Below, one piece after another: positions 1-7,465 of a stretch of 11,099 nt of DNA. The DNA comes from an uncultured archaeon (GTDB lineage: Archaea > Asgardarchaeota > Jordiarchaeia > Jordiarchaeales > Jordiarchaeaceae). A program made the translations under genes and the position numbers. Each line of letters begins with the position of its first letter. Position 1 is the first letter of the stretch. The DNA is taken from positions 1-11,099 of the forward strand of contig CAZECW010000002.1 in NCBI GenBank assembly GCA_964510585.1, in the 5' to 3' direction. Below the pieces are notes generated by a model. That model saw only the letters and a list, made by a program, of their open reading frames with translations, made no database searches and was not told the origin of the DNA.

Positions 1-141
1 AGCCCCCATGAGGGTGCCAACATAGACGCCGTTCCCTTGAGGGAAGGGCGTGTTAACTGGGTGATGGCACACCCATTGCTTCGAAGGCTCCCGATGAGCC
101 AGAAGCAAGAATCTCCCGACTTTAGTCGCGGAGAGTGTCAA
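1..141 (+). mobile_element. Right end of an IS200/IS605-family element (3' tail of tnpB region), truncated by window edge
   Basis: GAATCTCCCGACTTTAGTCGCGGAGAGTGTCAA (109-141): subterminal imperfect hairpin TCTCC-CGAC-[TTTA]-GTCG-C-GGAGA (112-134) followed by terminal TCAA (138-141), the typical IS200/IS605 right-end layout. Frame 1 reads ...VNWVMAHPLL...ESPDFSRGECQ, which resembles TnpB C-terminal tails. Sequence becomes AT-richer after 141. Confidence 0.85.
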
Positions 142-161
142 CGATTAATCAGGTATAATCC
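26..161 (+). ncRNA. Putative TnpB reRNA/omega-RNA scaffold (to 141) plus about 20-nt flanking guide (142-161)
   Basis: Consecutive hairpins: ACGCC-G-TTCCC-[TTGA]-GGGAA-G-GGCGT (26-51); TGGGTG/CACCCA (58-75); TTGCTTC/GAAGCAA (76-108) enclosing GGCTC/GAGCC (86-100); terminal hairpin 112-134. TnpB guide RNAs are known to derive from the right end plus flank. The 5' boundary is unknown. Confidence 0.65.
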
Positions 162-377
162 ATTTTTGTGTACGAATTCACGTCCTTTCCGGGTGATCTA
201 TACAAAAGTAACACTCCTCAAAATAGCTGTAACCGTGCTTGAAAAAGCAGATTCAAACAGTAAGTTTAACTGTAGAATACTTTCGCTTACCCCTCTCTCC
301 CCCACTTCGCCGTGAGTTTAAACGGAGTCTTTGTCAAAATTAAGCTTAAAAAAAAATCACTCTAAGAAGTCCATTGA

Positions 378-393
378 CCAAAAAATTATATAC
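378..393 (+). promoter_or_regulatory. Putative archaeal BRE/TATA promoter of the radA-like/polB2 operon
   Basis: CCAAAAAA-TTATATA (TATA-like at 386-392), about 30 nt upstream of ATG 423; GGAG motifs at 411-419 precede the start. Confidence 0.5.
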
Positions 394-422
394 TTTTTTC
401 ATAGCCATAAGGAGCGGAGAGT

Positions 423-1307
423 ATGCCCACTGGCTACAATGAAAACCTAACAGCCAACAATCCGAAAGCTCCATACCCCGCAAATCATCCAACCGCACCC
501 CTCTTCGAAATGGAGTTAACAGGCGAGTACCAAAACGCGTTAGACCTCTACTATCAAAATCTCAGCGCTGGAAAATTAACCACGGGAAGCTCCCTTCTGG
601 ACTCGCTCCTAGGCGGAGGAGTGGAAACCTCAACCTTCACTCTACTCTACGGAGACAGAAGAATCCTCGAAATACTGGTACACAAACTACTTGTAAATAC
701 CCTGCTCGACGCCACTAGGGGAGGCTTCGAATCACCAGCCATTTATGTATGCTGCAGCAACTATCGAAAGGAGAGAACAGTCCTAAACACCTACTACCTT
801 GCAGACATAGCCCTAAGCGCCGGCATAAATCCCACAGCAGCCTTCAGAAACATCCACGCAGCTATGGCCTTCAACCCCCTAGAAGAATACACCATAAGCA
901 AGGCAACGGGAAAGGTGGCGAGAAAAACGGGCTCCAAACTCATCCTAGTAGACAACATCGCTCTCCTACTCTGCGACGAAAAAATGAGAGAGGAATTCCC
1001 AGATGTGACTCTAACCTCAGTTGTGGGCAACTTCTGGAAGGCAGCGTTCCAAAACGACACCGCACTAGTGGCCACCTGCAGAGAAGCTTCCCCCAACCCT
1101 CATAAACAAACGATCCCCCCGCCTGAGGGAGGCTCTGTGCTCAGCCAGAAAGCGGGAGTAATTGTGTACCTGAGAGTCGGCCGCAGAAGAGCACCATTTG
1201 CAAAAGCCTATCTCCGCAAACATCCCTCTCTGGCAAACCGGGAGGTTGCCTTCACCTTCAACCGCTACTGCATCCATGATGACCCACTTTGGATGGAGAA
1301 TGATTAG
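423..1307 (+). CDS. RadA/Rad51-fold (RecA superfamily) protein, predicted ATPase-inactive, PolB2-associated
   Basis: LTTGSSLLDSLLGGGV (RadA TG..LD.LLGGG signature), Walker-B-like LILVDNI, PPPEGGSVLSQKAGVIVYLR (RadA P.GG..L.H....YLR region). Walker A position reads LYGDRRILE (no GKT); YIDTE position reads YVCCSN. No N-terminal HhH domain evident. Alternative start at Met 510. Confidence 0.85.
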   Translation: MPTGYNENLTANNPKAPYPANHPTAPLFEMELTGEYQNALDLYYQNLSAGKLTTGSSLLDSLLGGGVETSTFTLLYGDRRILEILVHKLLVNTLLDATRGGFESPAIYVCCSNYRKERTVLNTYYLADIALSAGINPTAAFRNIHAAMAFNPLEEYTISKATGKVARKTGSKLILVDNIALLLCDEKMREEFPDVTLTSVVGNFWKAAFQNDTALVATCREASPNPHKQTIPPPEGGSVLSQKAGVIVYLRVGRRRAPFAKAYLRKHPSLANREVAFTFNRYCIHDDPLWMEND

Positions 1308-1309
1308 AT

Positions 1310-1603
1310 ATGGGTAGGATCACTGTTCCCTTCCGCGCCGAGTTTAACGAGGTTCTTGAAAGGCTGAGGAAAACATTCTATGAAGCTCTCGTGGATATGG
1401 AGCGCCGGGAGGCTTTTGATGAGCTGATTAAGACTTGGTCTGAAACCAAGGGTGCCATGAGTTACGCTGAGCTTCCCTCAGTTCTGCTCTCCCTACTTTT
1501 TAGTGCAGTTGTGGACAACCGTAAAGAAATCATGCTCCTCAAAAAGAAACTGCTTGAAGGGAAGGAGGAGAATGGAAGGGTGGGTGGCTCAGAGCTACAT
1601 TGA
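1310..1603 (+). CDS. Small alpha-helical conserved protein of the type encoded next to archaeal PolB2 (arCOG07300-like, tentative)
   Basis: MGRITVPFR...FYEAL...REAFDEL...AMSYA..P....LLFS pattern resembles the small MGRTxPSFR proteins in polB2 operons. Starts 2 nt after the upstream stop and overlaps the polymerase start by 32 nt. Confidence 0.75.
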   Translation: MGRITVPFRAEFNEVLERLRKTFYEALVDMERREAFDELIKTWSETKGAMSYAELPSVLLSLLFSAVVDNRKEIMLLKKKLLEGKEENGRVGGSELH

Positions 1604-3710
1604 CGGAAACCGCGCGGTTAACTGGCTGAGAACAATCCAAGGATCCATCGAAAGGGTGGAGGAGCCTTACTACCCAGACTTTTATGTCCTTCCCCGGAAA
1701 GACCTAAACCCCGACGGTTTCTCCTGGCTTTTGAGGGAGGAGCCCCAAATATTTAGCGCCCAGGTTGAGTGGAAGTATGCAGATCTGAGAATGAGAAAGA
1801 AAATTCGAGTGGTTCACATTCAAACAGAGTCTCCCAAAGCCTTCAGGGAAGTTGTGGACATACTCAGAAGGCGGAACGCTGTCACAAAATTCTATGGCAC
1901 CGACATTACACACATTCAACGCTACCTCTGCATTCGCGGCTTCGCCCCCACTATGCTGGTAGAATATCGGAATCATCAGTTCACAAACCTAGAAGATCCG
2001 GATGAGCTTGCTCCGCCACCATTAACCAAAATTTTTCTCAGAGTGCAGACAGATAAAAATGGGTTTTCAGCTAACCTTGGATGCGCACCCATTAAAGGAG
2101 TCACCATATATGATTCCAATGGGGATAGTGAGGAGCTTGGTGGAAGCGAGGAGTACATTCTTGAGAGCCTTCAGAGAATAATAAAGAGTCGAGATCCAGA
2201 TATCATTGTGGCTCCCAGCCGTCCTCTTGGTGACCTCCACTATGTTGTCCAGAGGGCGAAGATCTTGGGATTTAAAATAAACCTTTCCCGCGAGGACGAT
2301 GAATCTGTCCAGCTTGATTTTCCTCCTTGGAGTTGTTGGAGGGGAAGGGCCTATGTTTCCTTGGAGTCATTTGAAAGGTTTGGTCTTGCGGGTTTGAGTG
2401 AGCTTTGCCGCTTTGGAATGATTCCTTTGGGTTTGGCTGCTAGGTGGGCTGCGGGAAGAATTGTGGATTGTAGACAGGTTTATGAGGCTATGAAACTGGG
2501 GGTTCTTATACCGGAGGCGAAGAGTTATAGTAACTATTTTAGAACAGTGGAGGAACTCTACCTGAAGGATCGGGGAGGGCTAATTATATCTCCTAGGGTG
2601 GGAGTGCATGAGAATGTTTGTGCGTTGGATTTTGAGTCCATGTATCCCAACCTGATTCTGCGTAGAAACATAAGTTATGAGACCTGTACACCCCAAGGTA
2701 TAGATTATTCGTGGAAGGGTTTGCTTCCTAGGGTGGCTGAGGTTGCCTTGGAGAGGAGGCTACACTTTAAACATTTGCGCCGCAGTTTTCCCGAAGGCAG
2801 TCCTGAGTATGTTTATGCGGATCAGCGTCAGGAGGCTTTGAAGATGATGTTGGTCGTGATATACGGTTACAGTGGTTGCACCTGGAACCGCTTCCAATAT
2901 GTTCCCACCTTTGAGAATATCAATCTACATGGGAGGGAGGTTTTCATCAGAGCCATAAACATTTCAATGAGGGAGGGCTTCCAAGTGGTATACGCGGACA
3001 CGGACTGCTTATTCGTTAAAAAACAGGGGGCTTCAAGTGAAGATTTTGAGAGACTTGCAGAGCGGATATCTGAAGAGGTTAATTTCCGCATCGCTATAGA
3101 CAATTTGTACCGCTTCTTGGTACTATTACCCTCCAAGTTAGATCCCATGGTTGATGTTGTGAAACGCTATTATGGTAAGCTTTACGATGGTAGACTCCAC
3201 CAGAGGGGAATAGAAGTAAGAAGACACGATACGCCCGGACTTATAAAGAGGTTTCAGGAGGAGTTGATGGAGATGCTGTTTGATGCTCAGAGTATTGAGG
3301 AGGTGAAGAAGAATTACCGTAAAGCTGTGGAGTTTACCCTTAAAACATATAAAAGGGTTCTTTCTGGAGAAGTGGATGTTGGCGAGCTCGTTGTGGAAAA
3401 AGACTTACATAAATCCCTAAAGGAGTATTCGAGAATCTATCCTCACGTGGCTGCAGGTAAACAGTTGGAAAATTATGGAACAGCCCCAAAAGAGGGACAG
3501 CTGGTCAGATACATCTATGTGAATCACTGCAGCTCCAATCCTCTTACCAGAGTACAAGCCCTACCCCTATATGATGGTCGAAGCTATGACAAAGAGAAGT
3601 ATGGTGAACTCGTCCTTGAAGCGGCGGAAACACTTCTCAAGGTATTTGGCTTCAAGAAAAAAGACGCAGACTCATCCCTCCAAAAATTGTTTGTCCAACG
3701 GACAGTGTAG
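1572..3710 (+). CDS. polB2: Family B DNA polymerase, archaeal PolB2 (Dpo2)-like, 712 aa, proofreading-deficient
   Basis: Motif A ALDFESMYPN (Asp at 2628), motif B QEALKMMLVVIYGYSG (Lys at 2841), motif C YADTDC (2991-3008), KRYYG, RGIEVRRHD. ExoI region reads IFLRVQT (no DxE). Start moved from 1503 to ATG 1572 because of GGAGGAG at 1564-1570 and a PolB2-like MEGW N-terminus. Confidence 0.9.
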   Translation: MEGWVAQSYIDGNRAVNWLRTIQGSIERVEEPYYPDFYVLPRKDLNPDGFSWLLREEPQIFSAQVEWKYADLRMRKKIRVVHIQTESPKAFREVVDILRRRNAVTKFYGTDITHIQRYLCIRGFAPTMLVEYRNHQFTNLEDPDELAPPPLTKIFLRVQTDKNGFSANLGCAPIKGVTIYDSNGDSEELGGSEEYILESLQRIIKSRDPDIIVAPSRPLGDLHYVVQRAKILGFKINLSREDDESVQLDFPPWSCWRGRAYVSLESFERFGLAGLSELCRFGMIPLGLAARWAAGRIVDCRQVYEAMKLGVLIPEAKSYSNYFRTVEELYLKDRGGLIISPRVGVHENVCALDFESMYPNLILRRNISYETCTPQGIDYSWKGLLPRVAEVALERRLHFKHLRRSFPEGSPEYVYADQRQEALKMMLVVIYGYSGCTWNRFQYVPTFENINLHGREVFIRAINISMREGFQVVYADTDCLFVKKQGASSEDFERLAERISEEVNFRIAIDNLYRFLVLLPSKLDPMVDVVKRYYGKLYDGRLHQRGIEVRRHDTPGLIKRFQEELMEMLFDAQSIEEVKKNYRKAVEFTLKTYKRVLSGEVDVGELVVEKDLHKSLKEYSRIYPHVAAGKQLENYGTAPKEGQLVRYIYVNHCSSNPLTRVQALPLYDGRSYDKEKYGELVLEAAETLLKVFGFKKKDADSSLQKLFVQRTV

Positions 3711-3723
3711 AATTCTAGGAAGA

Positions 3724-3744
3724 TTTTTTTCTTTGCTCATTTTT
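3724..3744 (+). terminator. Oligo-T archaeal terminator candidate after polB2
   Basis: T7-C-TTT-GCTCA-T5 tract starting 13 nt after the TAG at 3710. Confidence 0.45.
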
Positions 3745-3861
3745 CCACCACGTTACTTTCTATGATACAACACTGGAAGCTTTTTGGTTTTTCAGGGAGA
3801 AATCAAAATGGAGATGCGTAGTAATCTTTTTAGGATTATTAAACCATTTTTGTGAGGAAAG

Positions 3862-6339
3862 ATGTCTTGTGTGGCTGTGGTGCTAGTGAAGTGTAAGATT
3901 ATTCTTTGTTTTTCGGGAACATTTGTGGCTCTGATTGGACTTTCTCTGAGTGATGCGCAGGTTTCAGTTTCGCTGCCTCTGTCTTCTTACATTTCTTTTT
4001 CTGGGCGGCTCGTCTGGGGTGGTTTTGGTTTCGCCGTATTTGTGATTGGTGAAATGTTGTTTTTTTCTTCGCTGGTATTCCTGTTTTTGGAAAAGAAGCT
4101 TAGGGAAGTTTGGATGGCGCAGCTTAGTAGGGCTGTGCTTTTCACCATAGGATCCCTTTTATTTGTGCAGAGGGTGGGTGGAAGCATCATACTTGATACT
4201 CCCTTTTTTGTTTTTTCAATCTATGTCGAAAATGTTTACACGGAGATGACTCAATACGTTGTTTTGTTCTCGCTCTTCACTACTCTTTCACTTGTTTTGG
4301 CTGGAGATTTCATTTTGAGGGGAGACGCTGCTGAGGGTCCTGGTGAGCGGTTCTACTTGTTGTGTGGTTTGTGTAACTTTGCACTGGGGGCCGTAATGGT
4401 TGCTTCTGTTTTCTTTACAATTTCAAACTATTCTTTCTACACTTTTCCGGGGAACGTATATTTCTATACGCAGCAAATTTTCTTTGTCACTGTCGATGCC
4501 TTCGAGGTTATTGGCGTTTTCTCAGCAGCTTTGGGCTGTGTAGTCATCGCCTTCAAGAAGAATCCCCCAAAAATTGGAAGAGGCCAAATAGTCGGGGGCT
4601 TCATTCTAATGGTGATGAGTGCCCCATTAACTTTTATCCCGCTACAGATTTGGATAGACCGATACGTTTTCTACTCGCAAATTTTAGCTCCCCTAGATCT
4701 AAGAAGAATCCATGGGATATTACCCCTGAACTTCAATCTATTTACCTACGTTTCACTCATAGTTTTCATGGTGGGTGTGCTAATCTACACTCGCGTTTCA
4801 AAATTAAAGACAGGAGTTATAATTGGATTCTTAGCATACCTTTACTTATATCCTAGTTTAAGGTTCACACTTTTTGAACATTACACTATTCCCACATTCA
4901 CTCCAACAATACCCACACATATTTACTTAGGACTGATTATTGTTCTGGCAGTAACGGGGAGACCTGTAGTTTCACAGTGGACACCCTTTGACCAAATTCG
5001 GAGAAGGTTAAAGTTCCTTGCGAAGACTGTCCCACTATTCGTAGTCCTATGTTCTCTGTTGGTCTCTCTAATATTTATAAGTGGGTGTGTTGCTACGACT
5101 CCTTTTGTTCAAAAGGGGTTGAGTCCTGATGACAGAATTGACCCAAGGCTTTTAAGCCTCAATCCTGTGCCTGAGAATGTTTCAGTCATAATGAGGTTTG
5201 ATAATCCCATATCGGAGGAGAACAAAACTGCTCTTAGCCACTATGACTTCTTCACTGTCACTCACATCTATGAGGAGGAATGGATGTCCTACTTTGCCAT
5301 CTACGGAATTATAAATACTAAAAGTATAGACTTTGTGCAGACGTTGAGAAATTTGGCTAAAGACTTTCCCCTAAGCGTTATACTCTATGACAACGGCGAT
5401 CCTTCAAATCTTCCAGACATCAACAGACATTATAGAGATTATTACTATGTAGGCTCAGACGTGCTCAGGAACTGGAACATAACGGGGCGGGAAACAACAG
5501 TGGCGGTAATTGACTCAGGAATAAACGACAACAATGAAGAAATAGCTGGAAAGAAAGAAGGCAGAATAGTATACCAGGTCAACTTCCTCACAGGACAGGA
5601 GGGAGACCCCCAAATAGTTGGAGATATTACCCCCGATTACCTCATAATGCATGGGACCTACACTGCAAGCATAGTTGCAGGAATAAAAGGAATAGCACCC
5701 GACGCAAACATCATAGACCTTAAAGTCAAAAACGACAATGGAGAATTATACTATATGACCTACACCTACGCCGTCGAGGCAGTAAAATGGTGCATAAGAA
5801 ACAAGGACAGATTCAACATCTCTGTAATCGTTCTCGCCATAGGCTGCAGAGACCAAATCTATGGATCACTAACAGAAGCGGTGGACCGTGCATTTCTCAA
5901 TGGCTTAGTCGTAGTCACCGGTGGAGGCGCAATAGACATAACAAAGGGTAAAATTGTAGGGGGCCTTATGACCCCCGGTATAGCTGACTGGGCAATAACG
6001 GTGGCAGCACTTAGCGAGTACACCGGTGACTGCTGGTCGCCTCTGAGCCCACTAGGTCCCTCGCCCCATTGGTATTTTCCAAAACCCGAAATAACTGCGG
6101 GATACGAAGTCACAAGCACAGCCACCTCAGTGGTTGCGGGGGTAGCACTACTCCTCGCCCAACAGTGCAACGAAGAGGGGCTTCCACCAGTCCTTAGATC
6201 CGCTATTATTCGCTGGGCTCTTATTATGGGAGCGCAACAATATGACTTGGGCACTCCTGGATGGGATGCTCAATATGGTTTCGGAAGAGTCAACGCACTT
6301 TGCTCATACCTGTTTCTCAAAAACTACTTGAAACTCTAA
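3862..6339 (+). CDS. Polytopic membrane protein fused to a C-terminal S8 (subtilisin-like) peptidase domain
   Basis: The first ~410 aa are a run of hydrophobic segments (about 11-12 by eye). Then TVAVIDSGI (Asp 5512-5514), HGTYTASIVAG (His 5650-5652), GIAPDANI, KPEITAG, VTSTATSVVAGVALLL (Ser 6115-6117) and DLGTPGWDAQYGFGRVNA. Exact start uncertain. Confidence 0.85.
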   Translation: MSCVAVVLVKCKIILCFSGTFVALIGLSLSDAQVSVSLPLSSYISFSGRLVWGGFGFAVFVIGEMLFFSSLVFLFLEKKLREVWMAQLSRAVLFTIGSLLFVQRVGGSIILDTPFFVFSIYVENVYTEMTQYVVLFSLFTTLSLVLAGDFILRGDAAEGPGERFYLLCGLCNFALGAVMVASVFFTISNYSFYTFPGNVYFYTQQIFFVTVDAFEVIGVFSAALGCVVIAFKKNPPKIGRGQIVGGFILMVMSAPLTFIPLQIWIDRYVFYSQILAPLDLRRIHGILPLNFNLFTYVSLIVFMVGVLIYTRVSKLKTGVIIGFLAYLYLYPSLRFTLFEHYTIPTFTPTIPTHIYLGLIIVLAVTGRPVVSQWTPFDQIRRRLKFLAKTVPLFVVLCSLLVSLIFISGCVATTPFVQKGLSPDDRIDPRLLSLNPVPENVSVIMRFDNPISEENKTALSHYDFFTVTHIYEEEWMSYFAIYGIINTKSIDFVQTLRNLAKDFPLSVILYDNGDPSNLPDINRHYRDYYYVGSDVLRNWNITGRETTVAVIDSGINDNNEEIAGKKEGRIVYQVNFLTGQEGDPQIVGDITPDYLIMHGTYTASIVAGIKGIAPDANIIDLKVKNDNGELYYMTYTYAVEAVKWCIRNKDRFNISVIVLAIGCRDQIYGSLTEAVDRAFLNGLVVVTGGGAIDITKGKIVGGLMTPGIADWAITVAALSEYTGDCWSPLSPLGPSPHWYFPKPEITAGYEVTSTATSVVAGVALLLAQQCNEEGLPPVLRSAIIRWALIMGAQQYDLGTPGWDAQYGFGRVNALCSYLFLKNYLKL

Positions 6340-6349
6340 GGTCCTCGTT

Positions 6350-6401
6350 GCCTTTTTATAATCTAATCGGCCTTTTTTTGAGCCTTTTTTGGTTAGCTTT
6401 T
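6350..6401 (+). terminator. Tandem GCC-T(n) terminator tracts between convergent genes
   Basis: GCCTTTTT at 6350, 6370 and 6382 plus GCTTTT at 6396, directly after the S8 gene stop. Confidence 0.55.
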
Positions 6402-6405
6402 CTCC

Positions 6406-7371
6406 TTACTTGAATATTTTTTCTCTGATTAGTTTCTGTGTTTTTGCTGGGTCTCCTTCATTTATGGCCTTTTCCAACTCGTCTCTACCAATTTTGTCCA
6501 GAATCTTGGAAAAGGCTTTGAGCATCTCTATGCTCTCCCTTGAAGCTTCAAGTGGGTCTTCTCTGTAGGGGTATATGTCGAGTGAGTACCAGCCGTCGTA
6601 GCCCATCTTTTCAAGCCAATAAATCAGTTCCAGATATTCTATTGTGTGTACTGAGCCCACAATCATGTCGTCGTCCCAAAGCCGGTAATTATCATTTAGG
6701 TGCAAGTGGAATAGTCTTCCGTCTCTCATGCAAAGAACCGCGGACTCAGCCATACTTTCATAAGCGGCGAGTGCGTGTCCCACATCTATGGTGACCCCCA
6801 CATTTTTCATTCCAGTTTCGTGTGCGATGAGCAGGGCTTTGTCAACTGTTGCTATGTAGGAGTGTGTTCGGGGCTCTTTTAGCTTATATTCCAGGCACAC
6901 CTTAACCCCTGTCTTTGCAATTTCTTTAATGGAGTCAACCAGCAGGTCCCAGGCCTTTGGATAATTGGATTGGAAGGGGTAATCGTAGCCGTCTTGCCCA
7001 AGCCAGATATTGAATGAGTCGCACCCCACTTTTTTTGTAATTTCGATTCCCCTTTTGCATACTTCAATTGCTTCCCTGCGGATTTCTGGATTCGTAGAGG
7101 AGAGGCTGCCCTTCTGCCACTTTCTATCTCCAGTAAGATCAACGCCCACCATTGAAACCCTTAGACCCGTTTCTTTGAGCACAGCTCTTAACTCTTCAAG
7201 ATTTTTTTCATCCACGTTGCCCGGATATCCTAATTCAACGCCACTAAGGTCCTTTATTGTTGCAACTTTTCTAATTACTTCCTCAAGCGGCATACTGGGT
7301 CTGTAACCCTCTATGAGAAACCTGTCTCCACATGGGCTAAAAGCCCAAACACCAAGCGAAAATTTTTTCAC
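6406..7371 (-). CDS. Xylose-isomerase-like TIM-barrel sugar isomerase (substrate uncertain; L-rhamnose suggested by context)
   Basis: GVWAF, WLGQDGYDYPFQ, LEYKLKEPR, TIDVGHA, HLHLNDNYRLWDDD and LDIYP metal-binding motifs. GTG at 7371 is preferred over ATG 7413 because GGTGG lies 4 nt upstream (7376-7380), as for neighbouring genes. Confidence 0.8.
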   Translation of the reverse strand: MKKFSLGVWAFSPCGDRFLIEGYRPSMPLEEVIRKVATIKDLSGVELGYPGNVDEKNLEELRAVLKETGLRVSMVGVDLTGDRKWQKGSLSSTNPEIRREAIEVCKRGIEITKKVGCDSFNIWLGQDGYDYPFQSNYPKAWDLLVDSIKEIAKTGVKVCLEYKLKEPRTHSYIATVDKALLIAHETGMKNVGVTIDVGHALAAYESMAESAVLCMRDGRLFHLHLNDNYRLWDDDMIVGSVHTIEYLELIYWLEKMGYDGWYSLDIYPYREDPLEASRESIEMLKAFSKILDKIGRDELEKAINEGDPAKTQKLIREKIFK

Positions 7372-7465
7372 AAAACCACCATCCGGAGCCAAATTTTTAA
7401 TGTAAATTCTCATAAACTGGTTAATACATATTACTATTTTAATTGGTAAAAGTGTGTTTGGTGAT

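Noticed and set aside
37..315. 92-aa ORF as an independent gene
   Set aside because: It straddles the IS right end; the first part is tnpB-tail/RNA scaffold and the rest looks like intergenic sequence.
423..1307. Calling the gene radA or radB
   Set aside because: It lacks Walker A and the catalytic Glu, and has no evident N-terminal HhH domain, so a symbol is not justified.
1503..1571. 23-aa N-terminal extension of the polymerase
   Set aside because: It overlaps the small gene by about 100 nt; ATG 1572 has a strong RBS and a family-like N-terminus.
423..3710. Casposon, provirus or protein-primed PolB element
   Set aside because: No Cas1, integrase, capsid gene or terminal inverted repeats; the polymerase resembles the cellular type and its context fits polB2.
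749..3765. Short overlapping or antisense ORFs (749, 794, 1065, 1704, 1769, 1976, 2867, 3571)
   Set aside because: Shadow ORFs inside well-supported genes, with no recognisable motifs.
6406..7371. Calling the isomerase xylA or rhaA
   Set aside because: Signature motifs differ from both; the substrate is only suggested by the neighbouring kinase.
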